Shown one piece after another: positions 37,460-47,027 of a stretch of DNA of 64,000 bases. The position numbers were made by a program, and so were the translations under genes. The stretch is from NCBI GenBank assembly GCA_050728655.1, contig JBOHJQ010000001.1, positions 7,146-71,145 on the forward strand, given 5' to 3'. The notes below the pieces were generated by a model. It made no database searches, had not been told where the DNA came from, and was given only the letters and a program-made list of their open reading frames with translations. The DNA comes from Methylocella sp. (GTDB lineage: Bacteria; Pseudomonadota; Alphaproteobacteria; Rhizobiales; Beijerinckiaceae). Numbering within the stretch: the first letter of the stretch is position 1; every line of letters begins with the position of its first letter.

Positions 37460-37876
37460 TCAGCTCTTCAAATCGTCTGGCAGCTTGCCGCCGTTAGCTG
37501 CAAGTTTCACCATGATTTGTTTGTGAAGCCAGATATTCATCGAAGCGGAATTGCTAGTATCGCCATCGTAGTGAAGCTCACTTGCGAGTTCCTTGCGCGC
37601 AGCGAGACTGCTGTCTATGGACAAGAGCTTCATCAGATCGACGATGGAGTGTCTCCAGTCGAGCTTCTCAGTTGTTTTGCCGCTCAAGTCATCAAGCACC
37701 GCGGCGACATCCACGTTTGGCCCCGGCGGCGCCGGCGACGAACTCGGAACTGGGGAGGATGGCGCTGCGTTCGTCGTCCCGCTCGCTTGAGCAGAGGGCC
37801 TGGCTTGAGCAGCGGCGGCGGGAGAGTCTGGCGCCTTGCCCAATACTTTCGACATGATCGTTCCAAAGATGCTCAT
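37460..37876 (-). CDS. DUF3597 domain protein
   Basis: The N-terminus MSIFGTIMSKVLGK, a Pro/Ser/Ala-rich linker, and the C-terminal LDWRHSIVDLMKLLSIDSSLAARKELASELHY are typical of DUF3597 as I recall it. Confidence 0.75.
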   Translation of the reverse strand: MSIFGTIMSKVLGKAPDSPAAAAQARPSAQASGTTNAAPSSPVPSSSPAPPGPNVDVAAVLDDLSGKTTEKLDWRHSIVDLMKLLSIDSSLAARKELASELHYDGDTSNSASMNIWLHKQIMVKLAANGGKLPDDLKS

Positions 37877-37899
37877 TGCACTCTCCTATGTTGCATTCG

Positions 37900-38110
37900 A
37901 TCTCTGTCGCGCCCACGTCCAGCGCCACGCGCTGAACGCTGCGCAACAATGCGATGTTGCCATGGCTCGGTCGCGCTACGCTGAAGCGGCCACGCACTTT
38001 GCCGAGGCGGCGGCAAAAGTGCCGGCGGGGCACGAAGACGAGCGCTGAGAATATCTTAACACAGAGGTGCTCTCCGGCAAGGATATGAATCTAGCGACGA
38101 CGAGTCTGCG
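37900..38110 (+). pseudogene. Decayed fragment paralogous to the N-terminal region of the TPR gene at 53348-55888
   Basis: ALNAAQQCDVAMARSRYAEAATHFAEAAAKVPAGHEDER*EYLN compares with ALNAAQTTAQRGDVALTRLRYVDAAKRFADAAAKVPAGHEDERWKYLN. The 26-nt string gcggcggcaaaagtgccggcggggca is identical at 38007-38032 and 53960-53985. The relic has an in-frame TGA and loses frame afterwards. Confidence 0.65.
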
Positions 38111-38297
38111 CGGTCGGCGAAGCCCTGGGGCCGGTCAGAATGACGCGAAGCCTGCGGCAATATCCTTCGCCGGACCGGCGGAAAGTTAGAACATATGAAG
38201 TTGCGCAACGGACTCAAAGAACGGCAATGGTTTGCCGAGAATAACAACCGGGACTGGTGCACACGCATCCAAGGCTGGCTAGTTCTGTCCTACTTCC

Positions 38298-38801
38298 TCA
38301 TGCTGCCGCGCAGGTCCGGCAGCGGCCGGCGACTTCCATGACCTGGGCGCGGGGCGAGAATTTGGCTTGGCGGGCAAGCTCGGCCAGACTACCCCGCATC
38401 TCCGCGGAGGTCGTCTCGACGACCTCGCCACAAACCTCGCAAATGAGAAACACGATCGGCTCCTGGGCGGCATGACCGTGGCCGCAGGCAAGATAGGCAT
38501 TGCGCGACGCGAGCCTGTGGACAAGGCTGTTTTCGAGCAAAAAATCGAGCGCCCGGTAAATCGAAATGGGTGCCGGACGCTTGCCGGTCGCTTGCGCCAC
38601 CCTGTCGATCATCTCATAGGCGCCAAGCGGGCGGCCCTCGCGGGCTAAAATTTCGAGAATACGCCGCCGTCCGGGGGTCAGGCTTATTTTGTTCCGGCGG
38701 CAGAGCGCAAGCGCGGTGGCGAGCGCGACCTTTGCGCCGGGACCCTCCGGCTCACCCGCCTCGGGAAGCCTTTCCCGGAGTGTCTCACGTGAAACATTCA
38801 T
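38298..38801 (-). CDS. zur: Fur-family transcriptional regulator, Zur-like
   Basis: The winged-helix part is LTPGRRRILEILAREGRPLGAYEMIDRV. The metal-site motifs are CGHGH...FLICEVCGEV...GRCRTC. The start is at MNVSRE, and the track start is 38819. Confidence 0.65.
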   Translation of the reverse strand: MNVSRETLRERLPEAGEPEGPGAKVALATALALCRRNKISLTPGRRRILEILAREGRPLGAYEMIDRVAQATGKRPAPISIYRALDFLLENSLVHRLASRNAYLACGHGHAAQEPIVFLICEVCGEVVETTSAEMRGSLAELARQAKFSPRAQVMEVAGRCRTCAAA

Positions 38802-38945
38802 AGCGCTATCGTATCCCAATTGGGCGATTAAAGCGACCTTTAAGCACCAACCCCGGAGTTGGTTTCATCTTTCCGCCGCACCGCTGTAGCATGGCGATGC
38901 AGCAATTCGTCCGGCCCAATTCCCTGCCGGCGAGCTGGAGGACAA

Positions 38946-39728
38946 ATGACCCTTAAAACGCGCAATGCCATCGTGACCGGCTCGACCAGCGGCATTGGTC
39001 TTGCCATCGCCCGCGCGCTCGCCAAGGAAGGCGCCAATGTGATGATCAACGGCATGGGCGATGCCGCGGCGATCGAAGCCGAGCGGGCGGGCATCGCGAA
39101 GGAGTTCGGCGTCGCGGCGGTTTATTCGGGCGCTGACATGACCAAGCCGGAGGAAATCCACGCCATGGTGAAGGAAGCCGAGGCGAAGCTCGGCTCGGTC
39201 GATATCCTCGTCAACAATGCCGGGGTTCAGCATGTCGCGCCGATCGAGGAATTTCCGCGCGAAACCTGGGACATGATCATTGCCATCAATCTCTCCGCCG
39301 CGTTCCATGCGATGGCCGCCGCGATCCCCGGCATGAAGGCGCGCAAATGGGGCCGTATTCTCAGCACCGCCTCGGCCCATTCGCTCGTCGCCTCGCCATT
39401 TAAATCCGCGTATGTGACGGCCAAACACGGTCTTGCCGGACTAACCAAAACGGCGGCGCTTGAACTGGCGACCTTCGGCGTCACGGTTAACTGTGTCTCA
39501 CCGGGCTACGTCTGGACGCCGCTCGTCGAAAAGCAGATCCCCGACACGATGGCGGCGCGCAACATGACGCGCGAACAGGTCATCCACGATGTGATTTTGC
39601 TCGCCCAGCCGACCAAGCAATTCGTGACCGCGGATCAGGTTGCCTCGCTTTTTGTCTTTCTCTGTTCCGATGCGGCGGCGCAGATCACGGGAGCCAATTA
39701 TTCGATCGATGGCGGCTGGACCGCCTGA
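38946..39728 (+). CDS. bdhA: 3-hydroxybutyrate dehydrogenase (SDR family)
   Basis: I place the start at MTLKTRNAIVTGSTSGIGLAIA. NNAGVQHVAPIEEFP, SAHSLVASPFKSAYVTAKHG and the C-terminal SIDGGWTA are also present, giving the 260 aa typical of BdhA. Confidence 0.88.
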   Translation: MTLKTRNAIVTGSTSGIGLAIARALAKEGANVMINGMGDAAAIEAERAGIAKEFGVAAVYSGADMTKPEEIHAMVKEAEAKLGSVDILVNNAGVQHVAPIEEFPRETWDMIIAINLSAAFHAMAAAIPGMKARKWGRILSTASAHSLVASPFKSAYVTAKHGLAGLTKTAALELATFGVTVNCVSPGYVWTPLVEKQIPDTMAARNMTREQVIHDVILLAQPTKQFVTADQVASLFVFLCSDAAAQITGANYSIDGGWTA

Positions 39729-39746
39729 GTTTGTTGCGGAGTTGAA

Positions 39747-40787
39747 ATGGCGGTCGCGAACGATCCGATCGATTGGACCGGGCGAAAAAAAGTGAGTCTC
39801 GCTTTGCAGGGCGGCGGCTCGCATGGCGCCTTTACCTGGGGCGTGCTCGACTATTTGCTTGAGGACGCAAGACTCGAAATCGACGCGATCACCGGGACGA
39901 GCGCCGGCGCGATGAATGCAGTGGTGCTGGCCGAAGGTTATCTAGAAGGCGGCCGCAAGGGCGGGCGCGAGAGTCTCGCCAAATTCTGGCGATCGATCAG
40001 CGACGCGGGCGCGTTTTCCCCGATCGAGCGAAGGTTCCTCGACATTTTTTTCAGTTCGCCGTTGCAGTCGATGGCCACGCAATGGTGGACCGATTTTATC
40101 ACCCATTATGCCAGCCCTTACGACTTCAATCCGCTCAACCTCAATCCGCTGCGCGATCATCTCGAAAAGATGGTCGATTTCGCCAAGGTGCGGGCCTTGA
40201 CCGAACTCAAATTATTTGTCGCGGCGACAAATGTCCAAACCGGCAAGATCAAGGTTTTCGAGGGACCCGAGCTCACCGCCGATCACGTCATGGCCTCGGC
40301 GTGCCTGCCCTATTTGTTTCAGGGCGTGGAGATCGACGGCGTGCCTTATTGGGACGGCGGCTACATGGGCAATCCTGCTTTGTTTCCGTTGTTCTACAAG
40401 ACAGCTTCGCCTGACATTGTCATCGTCCAAATCAACCCGATCGAGCGCGACGAGGCGCCGCGGTCCGCCCATGAAATTCAAGATCGCCTGAACGAGATCA
40501 CCTTCAATGGCGCCTTGATGGGCGAGCTGCGGGCGATCGATTTCGTCAACCGGCTGGTCGATTCGGGCAAACTATCGCGCGACGACTACATGCGCCCTTT
40601 CGTGCATAGGATCGGCGGCGGCAACTTCCTCGCCCCATTCCCGGCATCCTCGAAACTCGACGCTTCCTGGTCCTTAATCAGTAAACTGCATGGGATTGGA
40701 CGACATGCCGCCAGGCAATGGCTCGACGTGACCTACGATTCGATCGGGCAGGAAGGAACCCTCGATCTGCGAATGGCCTATACCTGA
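39747..40787 (+). CDS. Patatin-like phospholipase family protein
   Basis: LALQGGGSHGAFTWGVL (oxyanion GGG), GTSAGAMNA (GxSxG nucleophile) and YWDGGY (the DG of the catalytic dyad). Confidence 0.88.
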   Translation: MAVANDPIDWTGRKKVSLALQGGGSHGAFTWGVLDYLLEDARLEIDAITGTSAGAMNAVVLAEGYLEGGRKGGRESLAKFWRSISDAGAFSPIERRFLDIFFSSPLQSMATQWWTDFITHYASPYDFNPLNLNPLRDHLEKMVDFAKVRALTELKLFVAATNVQTGKIKVFEGPELTADHVMASACLPYLFQGVEIDGVPYWDGGYMGNPALFPLFYKTASPDIVIVQINPIERDEAPRSAHEIQDRLNEITFNGALMGELRAIDFVNRLVDSGKLSRDDYMRPFVHRIGGGNFLAPFPASSKLDASWSLISKLHGIGRHAARQWLDVTYDSIGQEGTLDLRMAYT

Positions 40788-41578
40788 CCGGTATTTTTTT
40801 CCGATCAGGGATTCATAATCGCGAACGCGGCGTTCGCTGTGCTCGCATGACAAAGCCACGAGCGAGAAGGGATGAGCAGAACGGCAGCGACGCGGCTGGA
40901 CTTCGCGCTGAACCACGGCGTCTCGCAGCGACTCGCATCGAGAATTAAGAGGATCGCAAGTCCGGCGCGCATCGCGCCGATGTTACGGGCTTTGGACTGC
41001 CGGAGCATCACGGCAATGGTTTGGCTTTGCCGATGCTCCTCCGGAGCGGCAATCCCGGCCCCGAACCTGGTCATTGGGGGGATGCCGGCTTGGAGGTAAT
41101 CCCACGACAGTGAGCAAGATGCGTCCCCAATCGGCCGTTGCACGACCGCAACACCCCGTCGTGGATATTCCAGCATACCGATCTGTTAAACAATATTAAT
41201 AGTCATTAGAGAAAGATGGCACCAGTTCTCATGGGTGGGAAATGGATTTCAATCTACTCCAAGCGGTGACAGGGCGCAAACCGCGCAGTCCCGATCACCT
41301 GCCTTTGCCTAGTCGCTACGCGGTTCGAATTGCCGCCGATAAAGATCACTTAAACAATGGAGGCCCGAGCACGATTCAGTCGTTGCCGAGCTTGAGCAGG
41401 TTAACTGGCACCTGTAAGGTGTGCTTTTTCGAGTGTCTTCAACGCGTCATCCTGCGCAATGGGATGCGCCATCTAGAAGCGGCGCGGTGGCATAGGGATC
41501 TCGTACGCAAACGCGAAAAACAGGCCGACCATATTGGCCTGAGGGCAGCCGCCGTTCTTGCGCGCACAAAGGACGGCA

Positions 41579-41812
41579 ATGATGAAAACCTTTAGCGGCG
41601 CTGGCGCATTCGGCACAACGCCAGGATCTGGCTTGCCGTCGCAAGAGGTGATCGAACGAAATGACGCCAGCGTCAAGGTCATGCGGCTTCGCGAGGCGGG
41701 CTACCGGTACGAAGCGCAGCTTCGCCAGCTTGAACGGCAATTCGATGCGAAGGCAAGAGAGCTGAGCGCGGAATTTTTGTCTGCCGTTGACGAACTGAAC
41801 GGAGGGGAATAG
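41579..41812 (+). CDS. Small hypothetical coiled-coil protein (weak call)
   Basis: MMKTFSGAGAFGTTPGSGLPSQEV...AQLRQLERQFDAKARELSAEFLSAVDEL, with AGGA ~7 nt upstream. No family was recognised. Confidence 0.3.
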   Translation: MMKTFSGAGAFGTTPGSGLPSQEVIERNDASVKVMRLREAGYRYEAQLRQLERQFDAKARELSAEFLSAVDELNGGE

Positions 41813-42074
41813 TCAGCGCGACGGCCGGCCCGGGCACGCGCGACCGCCTCTAATGGCGCCGCCGAAGCAACGGAACCTCTTCCTGGCGGCGCGGACCAGA
41901 GCGACCGTAGTTTCGCCAGGCCGAAATCTACGCCGTGCCGAACAAGCGCTGCTTGCCCAATCGAGACCTTGTTACGTCGTTGCGTCGAGCCGGTAGCCAA
42001 TCCTATCAAATCGTTTCAGGTGAAACATTTTGGTCCGAGTGGCCCAGGTCATCATCCGTTCAGCTGACGTAAAA

Positions 42075-45000
42075 TCATGGTCCAAAATTTTGTCTTTTCG
42101 CAGGATCCGGAAAACCTCCGCCTGTTTGCACGGATGATGTCAAAGTCCCGAAACCTTCAGCTTGACCGACTGTCCTTGTGCGTTGGGCGGGCGGCGGCGT
42201 GATTTCGTTCGCCGCGTGATCGGCCGGGCGGGGCGCAAAACCCGCGACGGCCGCATTGGCGGCGGCCAGTTCCGAACTCGTGAGCCTTGCGGAAACGTCG
42301 TCGCGTTTCCGGGCGGCGTCGGTGTCGCCTGCCGCCGCGACGATCGAAAACCAGGTGTAGGATTTGACAAGGTCTTTCGGCACCCCCAGGCCCCGCGCAA
42401 GCAGAACCGCCAAATTATACTGGCTGTCGCGAATGCCATATTCGGCCGCTTTGCCAAACCACAAAGCCGCGCTCGTATAATTGGGCTTGCCGCCTTCGGC
42501 GGCGAGCACACCGAGATTATGCATGGCGCGGGTGTTACCCTTCTCGGCCGCCCGCTGATACAAATTCTTGGCGCGCTCCAAGTCCTTGCCAACGCCGAGG
42601 CCTTTTTCGTAAAGCGACCCGAGCCGGTATTCGGCCGCCGCGAGACCTTGCTGCGCCGCCTTCTCGTACCATTGCGCCGCCAGCTCATAATTCCGCGAGC
42701 CCGCGCCGCCCTCGGCGTAACTAACCGCGAGATCGAATTGCGCCGCCGCGTCGCCGGCTTCGGCTTGGCCAAGCAGACTTTTACTTGGTCCAACGGCAGG
42801 CGGAGCTGCCGGCGCGGTTAGCGTGCCGGCGGCGGACACTGTTGGCGCGGCCGAAAAGGCGGCTGACGGAAGAGCTTGCGCGGGGACGGTGGCGACAGAA
42901 GGGCGGGGCAGCGCGGATGTGCTCGCCAAATTGCCCGGTCGAATGGTCCCGGCCAAGATGGCGTCGCTGCCCGCGATGGCTCGCGTGGCGGGCGAAAGCT
43001 TGCCGAACGCACCGTCCGAAGTAAACTCGGGTTCCGCCGGCGCCGCTAGCGGCGACGGAGCGAGCGGGGCGGCCATCGTGCTCGCCGCGCCGGTTGCCGG
43101 AAGCTGGCCTCCTGGCGCTGCGTTTCGTCGCGCCTGGCTTGCTGGCCGTCGGCCCACGGGCGTCATGCTTGCGAAAGTCCGGGTTGCGCCGCCCGCCGCC
43201 TTCGCGTGCTCAGCCGCTCTACCGGAATGCCTGAGAAAGTCAGGCACGAAATCGTTCAGATTACTATGAGCGAGCGTTCTGGCCATGGCATAAATGCCAA
43301 TCGCGGCGAACAAAACGGCAGCGCCCAAAACGAGCGGACGCTTTTTCGTGACGAAAAAGCCCCGGCTCCGGCCAAATAGCAAAGTGCGCGCCGCCCAGCC
43401 GTCGTCTGCGGCCAGGGATCTAGACGTCGCGCCATCCAGTTCCATTTGCGCGGTACGCGCCGCGCGGCGGGCGGCGGCGATGAAATCGGTGCGGCTCGCC
43501 GCTTCGTCGCTAGCCTGGGATGCCTTGGGCGGCGCACCTCGGGGCTCGCTCTGTTCGCCCCGGCCGGGAAAGCCAAGGCCGGGTTCAATCAGGAAACCAG
43601 CGTCGCCGGCTGTGTCGCCTTGCGCGGCAGGTTGGGACTTCCCGGCGCCTTGCCCGCCATCGTTGGCAAGGGCCTCCCTGGCGAGCGGGTTCTCGCGCTG
43701 GGCGAGGTACGTAAAGATCGGCGCAAAGGGGTCCTCAGGGGCAACCCCGGCACCATGGCGGTCCGGCCGCAGCCCGCCAGTGGCGGCCTCCAGTCGAGCG
43801 CAGTAACCGGCGACTTGGTCCACGGATTCCTGGATCGCGGTCAAGTCGACTTGCGCGCGCTGGGCAGTTTCTTCGTGACGGGCGCGCAGCCCGGCAATTT
43901 CGCGCATGATGCTTTGCGCATCCTCGAACGAACCAGCTCCGTTCGACGGTTTCGGCTCGGCCACATTGGCCAGGCCGCTCACGATCCGGTGCGTCTCCTC
44001 GAGCTGAACGGACAGGCCGCCGATAGAACGTTCAAGCGAAGTCAGCAAAGTAAGGCCTTCGCCGGCGCGATCGAGACGCTCGGCGAGCGTGGCGATCTCC
44101 CGTTCCAGAGCCGCGCCTGCGCACTTGCCTTGACCGGGATCTAGGGCTAGCGCCATTCTTGCGACGGCGTCGCCGACCAGATCCTTTAGCGTGTTCATCT
44201 CGTTCGCGCCTGCGGCCAGGCCCGCTTCGAGCCGTGCCGTGAGTTGCTGGTGCGAGGTCTCGATCTGCCGCGCAAGCGCATCGTCGCGGGCCGGATTCTT
44301 GCTTGGCGCCAAACACGTTTCAAGGCCGGGATTTTCCGCGCCATTCCCCTCGAACGAAGCCCTATAAGCTTTTGCCGCCTCGAGTTGCGTCATTGACCAT
44401 TGAAACTCTCGTGCGAGTCGATCGAATTGTTCCAGCGAACTCCCGCATTCGCCAAGTTCCCGGATGGTTTGGGCGCCCCCCTTCAAATCGCGAACCGGGG
44501 TTTCGAGCGCAACTCGCTGCCTCGCTTCCGCGCCGGGCACACCGGCCTTGGGGTCGCGATCGACGCTGGCGCCGCCAAAATCGCGGTCAACGACATCGCA
44601 AAAATTCTCATGCTTTCCAGCAAGCGCCGCAACGTCGCTTTCCTGGTCGCCCAAGATCGGCGCGGCGACCGTGCGGCTTGCGCGATTCAAAGCCATTTCA
44701 CCCGCCGCCGATGAACTCCGCTTGACCGCGCCTCCGTTGCCAGTTTGCAGGGCGGTCATTTGCCGCGGCGGTTCAACCCTGGCGGGCAAGCGCCGGGAAG
44801 CCCGCAGCTCGGCTTCAAGCCCGGCCAACGCGGCCTTTAGCGAGTCGTTGTCATCGGCGCCGCGATCACGCAGCCACACCTCCAGTTCAGCCAATTTTTG
44901 GACCAGCTTCGCGCCGCTTTCGCGGTCCGTCTCGCGCGTGATCAAGCCCGGCGACAGCAGCTTCGCGATCCCGGCGGCAAGTTCCCCGCTCTCCGCCAGG

Positions 45001-45209
45001 CGTCCTCCTTGGCCTCCAGGCGAGGCATTGACCAGCGCTTCCGGATCGCTCGGTTTAGCAGAGCCGTAATCACCCTCGGAGGAATTTGCGGACACAGGCT
45101 GCCTCTCACCGTCAAAAAACCAGGTTTGATTCGCATGTTCGCGCCGCTGGCTTGCCCGGGGCGGACCAGCCAACTGAGCGTCGCCTGTGTCTTGGTCCTT
45201 GCCCCGCAT
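42075..45209 (-). CDS. podJ: PodJ-like polar localisation factor: coiled-coil cytoplasmic region, one TM helix, Ala/Pro/Ser-rich linker, C-terminal Sel1 (SLR) repeats
   Basis: The 1044-aa ORF has long Ala/Leu/Glu/Arg-rich coiled-coil-like segments and one TM helix (PLVLGAAVLFAAIGIYAMA). Its Sel1 repeats read AQFDLAVSYAEGGAGSRNYELAAQWYEKAAQQGLAAAEYRLGSLYEKGLGVGKDLERAKNLYQRAAEKGNTRAMHNLG...AALWFGKAAEYGIRDSQYNLAVLLARGLGVPKD. Confidence 0.7.
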   Translation of the reverse strand: MRGKDQDTGDAQLAGPPRASQRREHANQTWFFDGERQPVSANSSEGDYGSAKPSDPEALVNASPGGQGGRLAESGELAAGIAKLLSPGLITRETDRESGAKLVQKLAELEVWLRDRGADDNDSLKAALAGLEAELRASRRLPARVEPPRQMTALQTGNGGAVKRSSSAAGEMALNRASRTVAAPILGDQESDVAALAGKHENFCDVVDRDFGGASVDRDPKAGVPGAEARQRVALETPVRDLKGGAQTIRELGECGSSLEQFDRLAREFQWSMTQLEAAKAYRASFEGNGAENPGLETCLAPSKNPARDDALARQIETSHQQLTARLEAGLAAGANEMNTLKDLVGDAVARMALALDPGQGKCAGAALEREIATLAERLDRAGEGLTLLTSLERSIGGLSVQLEETHRIVSGLANVAEPKPSNGAGSFEDAQSIMREIAGLRARHEETAQRAQVDLTAIQESVDQVAGYCARLEAATGGLRPDRHGAGVAPEDPFAPIFTYLAQRENPLAREALANDGGQGAGKSQPAAQGDTAGDAGFLIEPGLGFPGRGEQSEPRGAPPKASQASDEAASRTDFIAAARRAARTAQMELDGATSRSLAADDGWAARTLLFGRSRGFFVTKKRPLVLGAAVLFAAIGIYAMARTLAHSNLNDFVPDFLRHSGRAAEHAKAAGGATRTFASMTPVGRRPASQARRNAAPGGQLPATGAASTMAAPLAPSPLAAPAEPEFTSDGAFGKLSPATRAIAGSDAILAGTIRPGNLASTSALPRPSVATVPAQALPSAAFSAAPTVSAAGTLTAPAAPPAVGPSKSLLGQAEAGDAAAQFDLAVSYAEGGAGSRNYELAAQWYEKAAQQGLAAAEYRLGSLYEKGLGVGKDLERAKNLYQRAAEKGNTRAMHNLGVLAAEGGKPNYTSAALWFGKAAEYGIRDSQYNLAVLLARGLGVPKDLVKSYTWFSIVAAAGDTDAARKRDDVSARLTSSELAAANAAVAGFAPRPADHAANEITPPPAQRTRTVGQAEGFGTLTSSVQTGGGFPDPAKRQNFGP

Positions 45210-45719
45210 CGAGCCCTTGGTCTCTTCGTGATTCGGCCGGATCCCGCAGCTTCGGCATCGGGGGGCCTATTATGCGGCAAACCCACGGCACCCGGCAAAT
45301 CGCCCGGCCCATGCCGAGGATACGCGCGGCGCCGCTAGGTTCGAGAGCGCCGAATCCGATTTCTATGACCACGCCCATAGCATGTTCCCGCGCGCGCCGC
45401 CTTCGGCGCTTGCTTTGCCGAAAGCGCCAGCATGACCCGATCGCGACGCGCCACCACAAATCATTGCGACGTTCAAAGCGCCCAGTAAACAATAAATTAA
45501 GGCGCGGCAGGCCGAAACCCGGAGCGGCCGCTATTTTTAGGTGTATTGCATTGACTTACACTTTTTAGTTGTGTCCGCAGCGATACCGGCCCACCTTCAG
45601 ATTAGAGTTGATAAAGTCCACGGCGGACGCCCGTATCAATCCCGATCTTCATGGACGGCGATGCGGGACCGCTTGCGGAATTTAATGAAGCTTGAGATTC
45701 GCGCCAGGTCGCTGCTAGC

Positions 45720-46190
45720 CTAACCCTCGCGCTCGCCAGCGTCCAGAATCCAGGTCCGGTCGCAAAACGCCACATAGAGCCGTTCCTGCCCCAGGGCGGC
45801 GCCGAGCTCGACCGCAAGTTCGTTGAGCATCGCCTCGATCTCGTGGTCGGGCAGATGTCCCAGATAGGCATGCACCGCCTCGCCGGTGAACACCGCTACC
45901 GGTTCCCGGTCGGAGCCGGCCGAGCCGTCCGGGCGGGGCCAGGCATAGGTCACCTCGGCGCGGGTGAACATGCCAGAAAGCGCCGGCAGGCTGGCCCCCA
46001 CCCGGCGGCGCATCCAGGCCCGCGCCGTGCGTACCGCCTCTGAAACGTCGTAGACCCGCCCCTCGTCGTCCCAACCCTCCCGCAGCCCGACCGTGATCCT
46101 GAAATCACGGCGCGGCCCGCGCGAGCCGTCCACGACCACATAGTCCTCGTGCCGCGGCGGCGGAGGGCGCCGCGCAATTCCTTCGGTCAT
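45720..46190 (-). CDS. Hypothetical protein
   Basis: 156-aa ORF with GGAGG ~10 nt upstream of the ATG and protein-like composition. No family was recognised. Confidence 0.6.
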   Translation of the reverse strand: MTEGIARRPPPPRHEDYVVVDGSRGPRRDFRITVGLREGWDDEGRVYDVSEAVRTARAWMRRRVGASLPALSGMFTRAEVTYAWPRPDGSAGSDREPVAVFTGEAVHAYLGHLPDHEIEAMLNELAVELGAALGQERLYVAFCDRTWILDAGEREG

Positions 46191-46260
46191 TTCTCGCTCC
46201 CTCCTGCTTGCGAACGTGCTTGCCTAATTGCTTGGGATGTCCCGACGGAAGCGATGTATT

Positions 46261-46893
46261 TCAAGGCGCCAACCTGCGCCAGACGCTCGCCAGCCAGGGC
46301 TGCTGCTCGCGTGGCATGCCGTCAGGACGGTAATAATGGGCTAGTTCCACGAACCCCGCGGCTGACACGTAGCGGCGCCAACTTGCAAGATCATGATACA
46401 CGCCATAGCGCCCGCCATTCCAGCCTTCTTCATTACGCCCGCGCGGGTTCGAGCTAAACAGCGCGCCATTCGGCTTTAGCGTGGCGTGGAGTTGCAGTAA
46501 AACGCGCGGCAGCTCCTGGCTCGGGACATGAAACAACGCGGCGTTGGCGAACACGCCATCGAAATATTTTTCCGGCAGTTCGAGCTTGAGGAAATCCTGC
46601 TGCCATACCTCGCAGCCGCTATGGGCGCGCGCCATTGCCGCAAGATGCGCGGCGCCTTCCAAACCGATCGCGATGTGACCTTGTTTTGCAAACTCCTTGA
46701 GGTCGCGTCCTGGTCCGCAGCCTAAATCGAGGATCGTGAACCCCGGCTCGCCCTTGATATGCCGCAACAGCGCCGCGATGTTCTGGCTGACGTTGTGATC
46801 GCGTGTGCCTTCCCAGAATTCTCTAGCATGCTGATTGTAGTGCTCCAGCGTGAGGCGGGCGATTTTTTGCAGGTCTTGCGGATGCAGTTTCAT
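46261..46893 (-). CDS. Class I SAM-dependent methyltransferase
   Basis: ILDLGCGPGRD (motif I), FDGVFANAALFHV and LKPNGALF. Confidence 0.8.
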   Translation of the reverse strand: MKLHPQDLQKIARLTLEHYNQHAREFWEGTRDHNVSQNIAALLRHIKGEPGFTILDLGCGPGRDLKEFAKQGHIAIGLEGAAHLAAMARAHSGCEVWQQDFLKLELPEKYFDGVFANAALFHVPSQELPRVLLQLHATLKPNGALFSSNPRGRNEEGWNGGRYGVYHDLASWRRYVSAAGFVELAHYYRPDGMPREQQPWLASVWRRLAP

Positions 46894-47027
46894 ATTCGCC
46901 CCACGCGCGCAAACGGTGTGCCTTGCGCTTGCAGCTGGCCGCTCCGTGTTTGAGATGGCACCGATTCAGCGGCCGTTACAAGCCTGAAGACATCTTGCGG
47001 CTTGCTGCGCGCGCCGGGTTTCCGGGC

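Noticed and set aside
40805-41595. ORFs 40805-41176 (minus strand, 123 aa) and 41242-41595 (plus strand, 117 aa) in the ~0.8-kb gap after the patatin gene. The gap also contains a 9-bp hairpin (one mismatch) at 40783-40809.
   Set aside because: The translations are not protein-like (Arg/Ser/Cys-rich, no motifs, no SD). The hairpin has its U-run in the loop rather than after the stem, so it is not a convincing intrinsic terminator. The gap may hold regulatory or decayed sequence, but I cannot support a call.
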